Origin: Candidatus Daviesbacteria bacterium
Lineage (GTDB): Bacteria > Patescibacteriota > Microgenomatia > Daviesbacterales > UBA10151
Direction of reading: 5' to 3'
Length of the DNA stretch: 64,000 nucleotides
Assembly: GCA_016195715.1 (NCBI GenBank)
Contig: JACPZA010000029.1
Coordinates: 30,493-94,492, forward strand
This document shows positions 54,716 through 64,000 of the stretch, in pieces. Numbering within the stretch: position 1 is the first letter of the stretch; every line of letters begins with the position of its first letter. A program made the position numbers and the translations under genes. Below the pieces are notes generated by a model. The model saw nothing but the letters and a program-made list of their open reading frames with translations. It ran no database searches and was not told where the DNA came from.

Positions 54716-55689
54716 AATAGATGCTTGGTAGTTAATCTGGTGCCTTGACCTGGGTAATTAATAATTATTTCTTTAATTTCTGGAACTTGTTTTAATAGTT
54801 TAGTCAGTTTATCAATATTTTTTTGCTCAATAATTAAGTGAATATCTTGTCCAGTGTTAATCGTAAAATATACATCCAATCCTGCTTTTCTCCATATTTG
54901 GACCAGCTTCATTAGTTTGACAGTATTTGGTGTCCAGTAAATAATTGGTGGAATTTGAGTAAAAACTACTGAATGAAACTCTAATGCTTCTGCCTCAATT
55001 AACTCACCGAACTCTTTAAAGTTTCTTTCTTTTATTAACTTCTTAAGTAATTTATTTTTAGCTCTCATGCTTTGTACTCTGACTGGCATAAAAAGACTTG
55101 ACCTGGCCTCAGACATTCCTTTAGTTGATCCAATATCTTTTCTTTGCTCACTAACTATGGCAACCACATCTACTATATTCCAGTGACTTTCTGGAAAAAT
55201 AGTTTTGGCAAAAGATGTCTCAGAAGTTTTGCCATCAAGCCATTCAACAAATCCATCTGGAATTGATCTGCAAGCTGAACCTGAACCCTGTCTAGCCAAA
55301 ATACTTAATTCTTTTTCAGATAAATTTAAACCAGCAGCTTTTGCGCATGCTAATGTTAATGCTGCAAAGCCAGAAGCTGAAGATGACAAACCAGTTCCAC
55401 TTGGAAAATTATTATTTGATACAACTTTCGCTCTTAAACTTATCTTTGCTAACTGTCTTATTCTATCTAAATGCTCTATTACTCTACTTTCTTCTCCCTC
55501 TTCAACTTCTCCATTAATTTTAACTGAGTCCTTTTCATATTTAGAAGAAAATTCAACAGTAGTTGTGGTTAAAAGATTACTTAAACACATAGAAATGCTG
55601 CCATTTTCTGGAAGTCTTAGCTCTTCATCTTTTTTGCCCCAATATTTAGTTAAAGCAATATTTGATGGAGCAATTGCAGTTGCTTTCAT
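54712..55689 (-). CDS. mvaD: Diphosphomevalonate decarboxylase
   Basis: APSNIALTKYWGK, GLSSSASG, ARQGSGSACRS. Confidence 0.95.
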   Translation of the reverse strand: MKATAIAPSNIALTKYWGKKDEELRLPENGSISMCLSNLLTTTTVEFSSKYEKDSVKINGEVEEGEESRVIEHLDRIRQLAKISLRAKVVSNNNFPSGTGLSSSASGFAALTLACAKAAGLNLSEKELSILARQGSGSACRSIPDGFVEWLDGKTSETSFAKTIFPESHWNIVDVVAIVSEQRKDIGSTKGMSEARSSLFMPVRVQSMRAKNKLLKKLIKERNFKEFGELIEAEALEFHSVVFTQIPPIIYWTPNTVKLMKLVQIWRKAGLDVYFTINTGQDIHLIIEQKNIDKLTKLLKQVPEIKEIIINYPGQGTRLTTKHLF

Positions 55690-56654
55690 TCGACTCTTAC
55701 TCCCTCTTCATTTGCCTTAATTTCAATCACTTTTCCTCCAGCATCTTCAATCGCTTTTTTAACAGATTTAATTTTTTCCTCAGGCGCCAGACAAATCATA
55801 CAATCTCCTCCACCCGCACCAGATAACTTTGCACCATAAGCCCCATTTTCTCTAGCAGCATAAATAATATCAGCTAATTTCTTAGTGCTTACTCCTAAAC
55901 TTGCTAAATAACCTTGATTAAAATTCATTATTTCACCTAAACTTTCCCAATCCTTTTTTAGCAAGGCTTTTTTCCCTTCATCAACTAAAATTTGAATCTG
56001 ATCATAAATTCCTTCAATCACTTGAGGATATTTATCTGCCTTTTCTTTTACTTGATTAATTAGTGTAACAGTATCAGCTTTCACTCCAGAATAACCAACG
56101 ATTAGAGGTAAGTGCTTAATACTTAACGGCTTTATAATTTTCCCACCAGTCCAAAAATATAATGTTCCACCAAAAACAGCTGCGGCAACATCAAATCCCG
56201 AACCTTTTCCCTGAATATCTAAAACTGTTTTATAAGCTAAATCAAAAATCTGCTTGTCTGATAATCCTTTGTTAAACAGTTCTGATAAAGCTTTAATTAC
56301 ACATACAGTTGATGCAGAGGAAGAACCAAAACCAAATTGAGAGCTAAACTCTGATTTAGTTTTCATTTTTAACCCTCCAGCTATGGGAAACTTATTAATA
56401 AAATTAGCAACAGCTAATTCTGCAAACTTAGCTCCTTTTTCTATTTCCCCATTTCCAGTTTCAGAAATTGGCCTTCTATAGTCTCTTACATTTACATCTG
56501 GGGCATTTAACTCAAAAAATTCATCTTTGGTTTTCTCCACTGTGACAAACATTCTTTGTCCAACAGCTGTAACAATACAGGGCCTATTATATACAACAGA
56601 GTGTTCCCCAAGCAGCATTAATTTCCCAGGCGCTGAAACTGTTATACTTCTCAC
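55686..56654 (-). CDS. GHMP kinase (mevalonate or phosphomevalonate kinase)
   Basis: APGKLMLLGEH, FGFGSSSA, QGKGSGFDVAA, KLSGAGGGDC. Confidence 0.85.
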   Translation of the reverse strand: MRSITVSAPGKLMLLGEHSVVYNRPCIVTAVGQRMFVTVEKTKDEFFELNAPDVNVRDYRRPISETGNGEIEKGAKFAELAVANFINKFPIAGGLKMKTKSEFSSQFGFGSSSASTVCVIKALSELFNKGLSDKQIFDLAYKTVLDIQGKGSGFDVAAAVFGGTLYFWTGGKIIKPLSIKHLPLIVGYSGVKADTVTLINQVKEKADKYPQVIEGIYDQIQILVDEGKKALLKKDWESLGEIMNFNQGYLASLGVSTKKLADIIYAARENGAYGAKLSGAGGGDCMICLAPEEKIKSVKKAIEDAGGKVIEIKANEEGVRVE

Positions 56655-57589
56655 GATTCCCTTCTGATTCCTTCTTCCCCTAATGTTATAGGTATTATTA
56701 GAAAACTTTGCTTTTTTCCAAATTCAATAAGTTTGCTTGAACTTGGATGATAAGCAAGAAGCATCCCGGATCCATCTTTAATTCCTCCTCCACCCATAAT
56801 TTTTGCAGCTCCTCCTAAATGTTCAACCATTCTGATTATTTTTTTTGCTTTAATTCCAACTACTCCTAATTTTTCTAAATTTCGCTCCCCTTTATAAATA
56901 ATTTTAACTAGTCTGCTTTCATCTCCGGTTTTTAGTACTTTAGCTAATTGAGTAACAAGTCTTCCTTGATCTTCAAATATATCTAAAACATCATCTTTAA
57001 CTTTGGCTAGTCTTTCCCTAACCCGCTCTACCATTTCTTTAGTAGTTTCAAAGGGCTTTCCAGAATTTATCAAGAAAAATTGTTTAATATTGGGATGAAG
57101 TTTGTAGGTAAGTCTAGAAAAAGATTTTTTAATATCTTGGTTTTTTTGAAACCAGATAAATCCGCCATTTACAACAGTAGTGTTATCTCCCCCTGAAGGA
57201 GTTCCATGAAACACTTTCTCAGCCTCAAAAGCTAATTCATTTAGTTGGTACCCATCATGATCTAAATTTAGGTAGGTAAGTAAAGCTTCTAAATAAGCTG
57301 CAGACACAGCAGCTGATGAGCCAAGGCCTGATCCAATTGGGATTTGGGAATTAATTGTAGCTGAATATTTAGGCAACTTGTTTATCTTAAATCTATTACT
57401 AATTATATCCTCAGCAGCCTTTGCCACCTTTTTAATTCCCTCATCAATATTACTTTCACCAGTTGATATAGTTACATAAACTCTTAAATCTATAGCTGAT
57501 AAAATTGCTGGCTTTCCATACACAACTGAATGCTCACCTAGAAGATGAACTTTACCTGGGGATGATACAGTTATAGATTTGGATTGCAT
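56651..57589 (-). CDS. mvk: Mevalonate kinase
   Basis: PGKVHLLGEH, PIGSGLGSSAA, EKVFHGTPSGGD. Confidence 0.85.
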   Translation of the reverse strand: MQSKSITVSSPGKVHLLGEHSVVYGKPAILSAIDLRVYVTISTGESNIDEGIKKVAKAAEDIISNRFKINKLPKYSATINSQIPIGSGLGSSAAVSAAYLEALLTYLNLDHDGYQLNELAFEAEKVFHGTPSGGDNTTVVNGGFIWFQKNQDIKKSFSRLTYKLHPNIKQFFLINSGKPFETTKEMVERVRERLAKVKDDVLDIFEDQGRLVTQLAKVLKTGDESRLVKIIYKGERNLEKLGVVGIKAKKIIRMVEHLGGAAKIMGGGGIKDGSGMLLAYHPSSSKLIEFGKKQSFLIIPITLGEEGIRRES

Positions 57590-57592
57590 AAT

Positions 57593-57895
57593 TTAAATTG
57601 GCTTAACTTTAACGGTATAATCAATTACCTCAGCAGCTTCTACCTTGCCTAATTTTCTAACTACAGTTTCTATTTTTAATCCAACTTTTAAATCTTTCTC
57701 TTCACAATCTACAATTTGCACTGATCTTTTAGTTTTATCCTCAAATTCCACAATTCCCACAAAATATGGAACTTGATGTTCAAATCCCTTCGGTCCGACA
57801 TTAACTTTTGTCCATACTAAAATTTCCCCCTTTTTATTCAGGAATTTATGTAAAGATTTTATCTCTCGCCAATTAACTACTGGGCTGTTAGACAT
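57593..57895 (-). CDS. DUF35-type OB-fold protein lacking zinc ribbon
   Basis: GEILVWT...P.GF...VPYFVGIVE...VRKL; downstream of thiolase. Confidence 0.8.
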   Translation of the reverse strand: MSNSPVVNWREIKSLHKFLNKKGEILVWTKVNVGPKGFEHQVPYFVGIVEFEDKTKRSVQIVDCEEKDLKVGLKIETVVRKLGKVEAAEVIDYTVKVKPI

Positions 57896-57896
57896 A

Positions 57897-59030
57897 TTAA
57901 ATTTTTAAAATATGGACAACTGAAGTGGCTCCTGTTCCACCTACATTTTGAGTTAAACCTACACTAGCTTTTTTTACTTGTCTTTTTCCAGATAAGCCTT
58001 TTAGTTGTTGGGCTATTTCTAGAATTTGCTTAACTCCAGTTGCCCCGACTGGGTGACCGCAGGCTTTTAAACCACCTGAGGTATTAACTGGTAATTTTCC
58101 ACCTAATCTAGTTGTACCTTGCTCAATAAATTTTCCACCCTGGCCTTTTTTGCAAAACCCTAAATCTTCCATAGCTAAAATTTCTGCAATTGTAAAACAA
58201 TCATGAACTTCAGCTAAATCAATATCTGAAGGTGAAACTTTAGCTTGAGTGTAAGCTTTTTTGGCCGCAATTTGCGTAGCTTTCAATTCGGTCAGAGTTT
58301 CCCTGGAAGATAAATTTAAATTATCTGATGAAACAGCACTGGCCGCTATATAAACTTGATCTGGTTTAACACTTTTTGAAAGTATTATGGCAGCGGCGCC
58401 ATCTGTAATTGGAGATGAATCAAGCAAAGTTAATGGTTCAACAATACTGCCGCTTTTTAAAACTTTTTCTATTGAGATTTCAAAAGGATATTGAGCATTG
58501 GAATTTAAAGAAGCATGGTAGTGATTTTTAACAGCTGTAGCTGCTAGTTGCTCTTTGGTAGTGCCATATTTTTGGATATGAGCTTTGGCCATTAAAGCAT
58601 ACAACCCTGGAAAAGTTAAACCAGCATGGCGCTCTTCTTCACTACCTGCTCCCATCAAACCTAAACTAATTTCACTTGATGGATAATCAGTCATTTTTTC
58701 TGCGCCTATCACTAAGACATTTTCATAGCTTCCAGCTAAAATTGATTGAATTGCTAGATGTACAGCTAAACCACCAGATGCGCAAGCCGCTTCAATTCTA
58801 AAAGCTGGGACATTTATACCTAACAAACTAGCAGCAAAAGCTCCCAAATGATCTTGGTTGCTTAATTTTCCATATAACATATTGCCAATAAACAGCGCAT
58901 CAATTTTAGATTTGTCTAATTTTGAATCAATAAGTGCTTGGTTTGCCGCATCAATTATTAAATCCTCCAAAGATTTTCCCCAAAGCTCGCCAAATTTAGT
59001 AATTCCAACTCCAGCTATGCCTATTTTCAT
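57897..59030 (-). CDS. Acetyl-CoA acetyltransferase (archaeal/SCP-x-type thiolase)
   Basis: EAACASG, EVHDCF, NTSGGLKACGHPVGATG, NVGG. Confidence 0.93.
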   Translation of the reverse strand: MKIGIAGVGITKFGELWGKSLEDLIIDAANQALIDSKLDKSKIDALFIGNMLYGKLSNQDHLGAFAASLLGINVPAFRIEAACASGGLAVHLAIQSILAGSYENVLVIGAEKMTDYPSSEISLGLMGAGSEEERHAGLTFPGLYALMAKAHIQKYGTTKEQLAATAVKNHYHASLNSNAQYPFEISIEKVLKSGSIVEPLTLLDSSPITDGAAAIILSKSVKPDQVYIAASAVSSDNLNLSSRETLTELKATQIAAKKAYTQAKVSPSDIDLAEVHDCFTIAEILAMEDLGFCKKGQGGKFIEQGTTRLGGKLPVNTSGGLKACGHPVGATGVKQILEIAQQLKGLSGKRQVKKASVGLTQNVGGTGATSVVHILKI

Positions 59031-60073
59031 GACAAACTCCCTTTTGCTAAATTCATTTTGATAACTTCTGGGTAAGTTAGATAAGTTTTTTGCGAAGTTA
59101 AGTCAGCCAACTTAAAACTATTTTTCTTTTGATAGTTAATAATTTCTTTGGTAGTCTCAAAAATAAAGGCATCACTACCCGCACCAGACCCATATGAACA
59201 AACAAAGATTTTTTTATGAGGTTTTGCAATATCTAAAACAGAAGCAAGACCTAGCAAAGAAGAAGCAGAGTAAGGGTTACCAATTTTAGGTACTATAAAC
59301 CCATCTTTAATTTGAGCATCAGAAAAACCTAGTTTTTTGGTAACTTGGAGGGGGAACTTACCATTTGGCATATGAAAAATCGCGTAATCAAAATCCGATG
59401 GGTTAACTTTATACTTTTCAAATAAAGCCTTAGTCGCTTGAGTTACATGTTCAAAATAAGCAGGTTCGCCGGTAAACCGACCTGCGTGAGAAGGGTATTT
59501 TTGACCATCCCTTCGCCAAAAATCTGGAGTGTTAGAAGAGTAAGATGTGAATCCTAAAATATTAGCAATCACTTTTTGTTTACCAATAATAAAACAGCCC
59601 GCGCCCGCTCCAGCAGTGTACTCTAAAACATCACCTGGTTTGGCTTGAGCGCTATCAGTTCCAATAGCTAAGCCGGTTTTGATTTTTCCAGATTCAACTA
59701 ATCCATAAATTAACTGAATTGCCGAAGTTCCAGCTTTACAAGCAAACTCTAAATCCGAAGCCAGGTAATTATTGGGAATATTTAAAATCTGACCAAGAGT
59801 AGTTGCAGTTGGGTTAACTGCAAAGGGGTGAGATTCAGATCCAACTAAGATAGCTTCAATATCTTTTAAGTTAATTTGACTAGAATTTAAAGCCCTGGTG
59901 GCTGCTTCAACCCCTAAAGTTAGCGCATCTTCATCAATTGCTGCCACCGCTTTTTCTAAAACTCCTAAACTTTTAGAAAGATCTTCTCCAAATTTTCCCC
60001 AAGCATTGGCAATATCTAAAACTTTAATTCTAAATCTTGGCACATAAGCACCATATCCAACAATACCTGTCAT
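59027..60073 (-). CDS. HMG-CoA synthase (archaeal type)
   Basis: VGSESHP, EFACKAGT, RFTGEPAYF, FHMPN, SYGSGAGSD. Confidence 0.93.
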   Translation of the reverse strand: MTGIVGYGAYVPRFRIKVLDIANAWGKFGEDLSKSLGVLEKAVAAIDEDALTLGVEAATRALNSSQINLKDIEAILVGSESHPFAVNPTATTLGQILNIPNNYLASDLEFACKAGTSAIQLIYGLVESGKIKTGLAIGTDSAQAKPGDVLEYTAGAGAGCFIIGKQKVIANILGFTSYSSNTPDFWRRDGQKYPSHAGRFTGEPAYFEHVTQATKALFEKYKVNPSDFDYAIFHMPNGKFPLQVTKKLGFSDAQIKDGFIVPKIGNPYSASSLLGLASVLDIAKPHKKIFVCSYGSGAGSDAFIFETTKEIINYQKKNSFKLADLTSQKTYLTYPEVIKMNLAKGSLS

Positions 60074-61221
60074 AATTTCCCCCTTCCATATTTTTGATGA
60101 GCTGATGCTAAAGTACCCTCTGCTAAACTAGCTATCAAAGATAGCTCACCTGCCAAGGTAGTTGCAGCAATTATTTTGGCAAATTCATCAGCTTTACCCT
60201 CTCCTTCAACTCCTAGAATTTTTAAAGCTTCATTTTGAGAGGGCAGTTTAGTTCCACCACCAACAGTTCCGATCTCTAAACTGGGTAGATAAATCGAAAA
60301 ATAAAGATCTCCATTTTCCAACTCTTCAGCTGTGGTCACCCCTAAACTTCCCTCAACTACCTGAGCCAAATCTTGACCAGTAGCTATAAAAATTGCAGCA
60401 ATGATATTAGCAAAATGAGCATTAAATCCAAGTGATCCTGAAGCGATTGAACCAAGCAAACATTTTCTATAGACTATCTCAGCAATTTTTTCTGGAGTGG
60501 TTTTTAAAACTTGTTTTACAACTTCTTTTTTAATTACTACTTCCGCCCAAACTTTTCTGCCCCGACCATTTATAAAGTTTAACCAGGCTGGTTTTTTATC
60601 TATATCAAAATTTCCAGCCAAAGAGACGCAACTAACTTGACACTTTTGTTCAATTTCTTTAACAATTTCCAGGGTAGCGATTGTTACCATATTCATTCCC
60701 ATAGCATCTTTTGTGTCATATGAAAATCTAACAAATAAATTTTTTCCAAAAGACTCAAAATCAACTTTCAATAATTTGATATGTAATGAAGTTTGTGTAG
60801 CCAGTTCATTTAACTCTAAAAAATGACTTTTAATCCAAGCTTTAACTTTTTGAGAGTGTTTAATTCCAGAAGTTTTAAAAACTGGCCCCCGGCTAATACC
60901 AACTAACTCCATGTTTACATCAACACCAACACTTAAATTTATAGCTTTCATGCCTCTATTTATTGATGCAACTAAAGCCCCTTCAGTTGTAGCTAGCGGA
61001 ATAAAATATTTTTGCCCCTGAATATTTATTGGACCTGCTATACCTAAAGGAATTTGCGTAGCACCAATTAAATTTTCAATATTTTTGCCTATTAGTTTTG
61101 CTTCATCAAAACTAAACTGAGCAATATGCGAAAGCTTAATTTTTAAGTTATCTTCTAAATAATTTCTTCTTAGTTGACTACTGGGAAAATCTCTTAGGTT
61201 TTTAAAAGTTGAATTTTTCAT
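60070..61221 (-). CDS. hmgA: HMG-CoA reductase, class I (NADPH)
   Basis: ENLIG, PLATTEGALVAS, DAMGMNM, GTVGGGT, GELSL. Confidence 0.95.
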   Translation of the reverse strand: MKNSTFKNLRDFPSSQLRRNYLEDNLKIKLSHIAQFSFDEAKLIGKNIENLIGATQIPLGIAGPINIQGQKYFIPLATTEGALVASINRGMKAINLSVGVDVNMELVGISRGPVFKTSGIKHSQKVKAWIKSHFLELNELATQTSLHIKLLKVDFESFGKNLFVRFSYDTKDAMGMNMVTIATLEIVKEIEQKCQVSCVSLAGNFDIDKKPAWLNFINGRGRKVWAEVVIKKEVVKQVLKTTPEKIAEIVYRKCLLGSIASGSLGFNAHFANIIAAIFIATGQDLAQVVEGSLGVTTAEELENGDLYFSIYLPSLEIGTVGGGTKLPSQNEALKILGVEGEGKADEFAKIIAATTLAGELSLIASLAEGTLASAHQKYGRGKL

Positions 61222-61225
61222 AGTT

Positions 61226-61852
61226 TTAGATAAAGGGGACACGGAAGATTCCTAATTTAAATAGAATAAAATAATAAACTATACCCAATGGAAAAATTAC
61301 TAAAGAGACAAGAAAAATTTTGATTGCATTTAGCTTTAATCCAATTCTTAAAGTTAAATAATATAAAATTCCTTTCCAAAAAAAACAAGCCAAAGAAAAG
61401 CTTAAAAAAAGCAAACTAAATATTTGACCTTTAACGCTCATAGTTCGAGGAGGTGGAATTAAAACATAAAAAATAGTAGATAGCAAAAACCAGCTTAAAG
61501 TTGGCAATAAACTAAAAGCCCAAAGTAAAATTAGTGAAGATAAATCTCCAACTCCTTGAAAAAGTTTACCTACTAAAAATATTGAAATACTAGAAACTAT
61601 AAAAGTAAAAGAGATGGCAATACCGGCTTTAATAATTGACTTGGTCAAAAAAAATGGATTTGCTGTTAAACCCTCTTTGGCTAAAGTTGAAAGTAGCAGA
61701 TAAATTAAAATTAATAACGCTACAAAAAAGAGTTGAAGGAAGGGTTTGCTAAAACTTAATCTCCTAAAAGTTTGATATGGCTTTTGAATCGTCCCCCAAA
61801 CTATTTTTAAAAACTCTATAGCTTTTTTAACAAACAAAATTGACTGATCCAT
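61226..61852 (-). CDS. YIP1-like membrane protein
   Basis: KPYQTFRRL followed by about 5 TM segments. Confidence 0.6.
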   Translation of the reverse strand: MDQSILFVKKAIEFLKIVWGTIQKPYQTFRRLSFSKPFLQLFFVALLILIYLLLSTLAKEGLTANPFFLTKSIIKAGIAISFTFIVSSISIFLVGKLFQGVGDLSSLILLWAFSLLPTLSWFLLSTIFYVLIPPPRTMSVKGQIFSLLFLSFSLACFFWKGILYYLTLRIGLKLNAIKIFLVSLVIFPLGIVYYFILFKLGIFRVPFI

Positions 61853-61881
61853 AAGGAGTCAGTAATTAGTCGTAAGTTAGC

Positions 61882-62124
61882 TTAAAATCCTTCTTGAAGA
61901 CGGGTAACTAAATTAATCAGATAATGATTGTTGGAAATTGCTAAGGTCAAACCAATAATCAAAGCTAAGGGAATTAAAAGTTTCCAAGGAGCAACTTTTA
62001 AATGAGCACTGAAGGCTTTATAAAGAGGATCAGCAACCCCTAAATCTTGAGTTGGGATTGAACTTAGTTCAAGTTGTCGCTGGCGCAGTTTGTTATAAAA
62101 ATTATCACCGGACTTATTTGACAT
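61882..62124 (-). CDS. Small single-TM protein (possible anti-sigma factor)
   Basis: Overlaps ECF sigma stop; one C-terminal TM helix. Confidence 0.55.
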   Translation of the reverse strand: MSNKSGDNFYNKLRQRQLELSSIPTQDLGVADPLYKAFSAHLKVAPWKLLIPLALIIGLTLAISNNHYLINLVTRLQEGF

Positions 62125-62677
62125 AAAGTAATTTATACTCCTTCACAAAAGCTAGTCTCGCTCTAAACAACATTGATTCAACGCTCTTACTTGAAACCAG
62201 CAGTGATTTAGAAATTTCTATAACAGACAAATCTTCTAGATATTTTAACTTTAAAATTCTGGTATAAAGCGGTTTAAGTTTGGCAAAAACTATATTAATT
62301 TGGGATCTGACTTCTTTAGCATCAAACTCCTCTTCTGGGCCAATTAGTTGAGAAATTAATGGTGTAATATTTTCTGGTAGTTTAGAAAAAACAATATTTT
62401 TAATTTTTTGTTTTCGGTAATAATCAATGATTTTATATTTAGCAATGGAAATTAAAAAAGTATAAAGAGAAGATTTCCCATTAAAATTTCTCAAAGCATC
62501 TAAACAATCTAAAAAAGTGTCTTGAGTAATCTCTTCCACATCTTCAATTGAATCAATTTTACTTTTTATAAATAACATTAAACGATTTCGATAACTGTTA
62601 TAAAATTGACGCAGTGCAGACTCATTACCTAAAAGCAGCTCATTAATAAGACTTAAGTCAGACCTTGAACTTTTCAT
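62114..62677 (-). CDS. ECF RNA polymerase sigma factor
   Basis: DVEEITQDTF, F.GKSSLYTFLISIA, DYYRK, VESMLFRAR. Confidence 0.92.
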   Translation of the reverse strand: MKSSRSDLSLINELLLGNESALRQFYNSYRNRLMLFIKSKIDSIEDVEEITQDTFLDCLDALRNFNGKSSLYTFLISIAKYKIIDYYRKQKIKNIVFSKLPENITPLISQLIGPEEEFDAKEVRSQINIVFAKLKPLYTRILKLKYLEDLSVIEISKSLLVSSKSVESMLFRARLAFVKEYKLLYVK

Positions 62678-62733
62678 CCTGGTTATATTTTAACTTGTTC
62701 TTATCAATCATTCAAATTTGTTAATATAAATAT

Positions 62734-63936
62734 ATGCTAAGTTTCTTGTTTAAAATCATCAAAAGACATTTAACAGATAAGTTTGATGAGAGTTTAGTAA
62801 TTATTTTTGTAACTTTGATAGTAATTTTTGGCTTTTATCATTTTTCTTTAATCAATAATCTTTCTAGCCAAGTCACAACCCTTCTTAGCTCTGGTTCAAC
62901 AGCTCAAAAGCAACTTCTGAGTATTAAACAAGAGCTGACAGATTTAAAAAATCAAGACCAAGTTAAAATTAATAAAGACTTACAAACTGAGATAAAAAAT
63001 ATTGAAACCAATTATGATTTAGCAGTTTCTGCATATGAAAAGCTAGTTGATCTAAAACCTAAAATTAAAGATTCTTCAAAATTAGACAGTCTTTTTGCGC
63101 AAGCGCTAAAACAGCTTTCTCAAAAAAACTTTGCTAGTGCATCCAGTACTTTGGCTGATTTAAATACTAAAATTCAACAAGAAAATGATAAATTAGTTTC
63201 CAGTTTTACTATTCCGGCAAATGTCTTAACTAGCAATACTCCACCAAAGTCTGGTTTTTCTTCTCAAACAGTTCAAACAGATTCTGGAAGTTTTTTAGTA
63301 AACATTGTTTCAGCAGATTTGAATTCAACAAAAGTCATTGTTGATACAGCTTCAGATTCAGATTGCAGCAATAACTGTCCAGTTTTATCACTGGCAGATT
63401 ATGTAAATAGAAACGGAGCTTTTGCTGGAATTAATGGTTCATTCTTTTGCCCGGCTGAATATCCGAGTTGTGCTGGTAAAACTAATTCATTTGACACACT
63501 ATTAATGAATAAAAATAAGCACTATTTTAACTCAGATAATAATGTTTACTCAGTTGTTCCAGCAGTCATTTTTCAAGGTAGTTCAATTAGATTTGTAGGT
63601 CAAAGTTTGCAATGGGGTAGAGACACCTCAATTGATTCAATGATTGCCAATTATCCACTTTATGTTGTAGGTTCTCAAAATCAATTTGGTGGCAATGGTG
63701 ATCCCAAAATTGATAATAAAGGTACCAGAACCTTTGTTGCAAATATTGATTCAACAGTTTATATTGGGGTAATTTATAATGCCTCGGGTAGCGATGCTGC
63801 TAAAGTTTTAAAAACTCTGGGGATGCATAATGCTTTGGGGCTTGATCAAGGTGGCTCAACTGCGCTTTGGTATGGAGGTTATAAGGCGGGACCTGGTAGG
63901 AATATCCCTAATGCAGTTTTATTTGTAAAGAGATAA
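62734..63936 (+). CDS. Phosphodiester glycosidase (NAGPA-like) family protein with N-terminal TM and coiled coil
   Basis: AGINGSFF, ALGLDQGGST, RNIPNA. Confidence 0.82.
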   Translation: MLSFLFKIIKRHLTDKFDESLVIIFVTLIVIFGFYHFSLINNLSSQVTTLLSSGSTAQKQLLSIKQELTDLKNQDQVKINKDLQTEIKNIETNYDLAVSAYEKLVDLKPKIKDSSKLDSLFAQALKQLSQKNFASASSTLADLNTKIQQENDKLVSSFTIPANVLTSNTPPKSGFSSQTVQTDSGSFLVNIVSADLNSTKVIVDTASDSDCSNNCPVLSLADYVNRNGAFAGINGSFFCPAEYPSCAGKTNSFDTLLMNKNKHYFNSDNNVYSVVPAVIFQGSSIRFVGQSLQWGRDTSIDSMIANYPLYVVGSQNQFGGNGDPKIDNKGTRTFVANIDSTVYIGVIYNASGSDAAKVLKTLGMHNALGLDQGGSTALWYGGYKAGPGRNIPNAVLFVKR

Positions 63937-63974
63937 ATCTTTCTTAAACATTCCTTTTTGTGTAAAATTTAAAG

Positions 63975-64000
63975 ATGGTTGATATTATTCAAGTTAAAAA
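63975..64000 (+). CDS. Start of next CDS (partial)
   Basis: TAAAAT-N6-ATG GTT GAT ATT ATT CAA GTT AAA. Confidence 0.4.

Noticed and set aside
7268-59061. Many short ORFs antisense or out of frame to recognised genes (e.g. 7268, 14014, 16404, 18291, 21572, 38258, 39748, 55205, 58858)
   Set aside because: Overlap well-supported CDSs and show no motifs of their own.

Overview
AT-rich bacterial chromosome segment, most consistent with a Patescibacteria/CPR genome of Microgenomates type. This is inferred from the archaeal-type upper mevalonate cluster, many leaderless-looking genes and tiny palindromic inserts in ORFs. From left to right it contains: (i) an I-Ssp6803I-like PD-(D/E)XK gene abutting tRNA-Arg(TCT), then ppsA, dinB and a GH-A glycosidase; (ii) tRNA-His(GTG) carrying a 12,154-bp element integrated by a large serine recombinase, with a copper/thiol-redox cargo; (iii) three further integrase-less modules (about 23.4-29.4 kb), each ending in a conserved repeat that finishes with the tRNA-His 3' acceptor strand; (iv) about 20 kb of small, mostly minus-strand stress/detox genes with an IS481-family insertion; (v) a mevalonate operon preceded by an ECF sigma factor. 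The main finding is that the reconstructed attP (CACTGAGG-AC-CCTCAGTG) lies inside the recombinase gene. Integration therefore swaps a 46-aa C-terminal tail (stranded at 23254-23394) for a 5-aa tail read antisense from the tRNA. No CRISPR array, rRNA or integron integrase was seen. All family assignments come from motif recognition by eye, not database searches.
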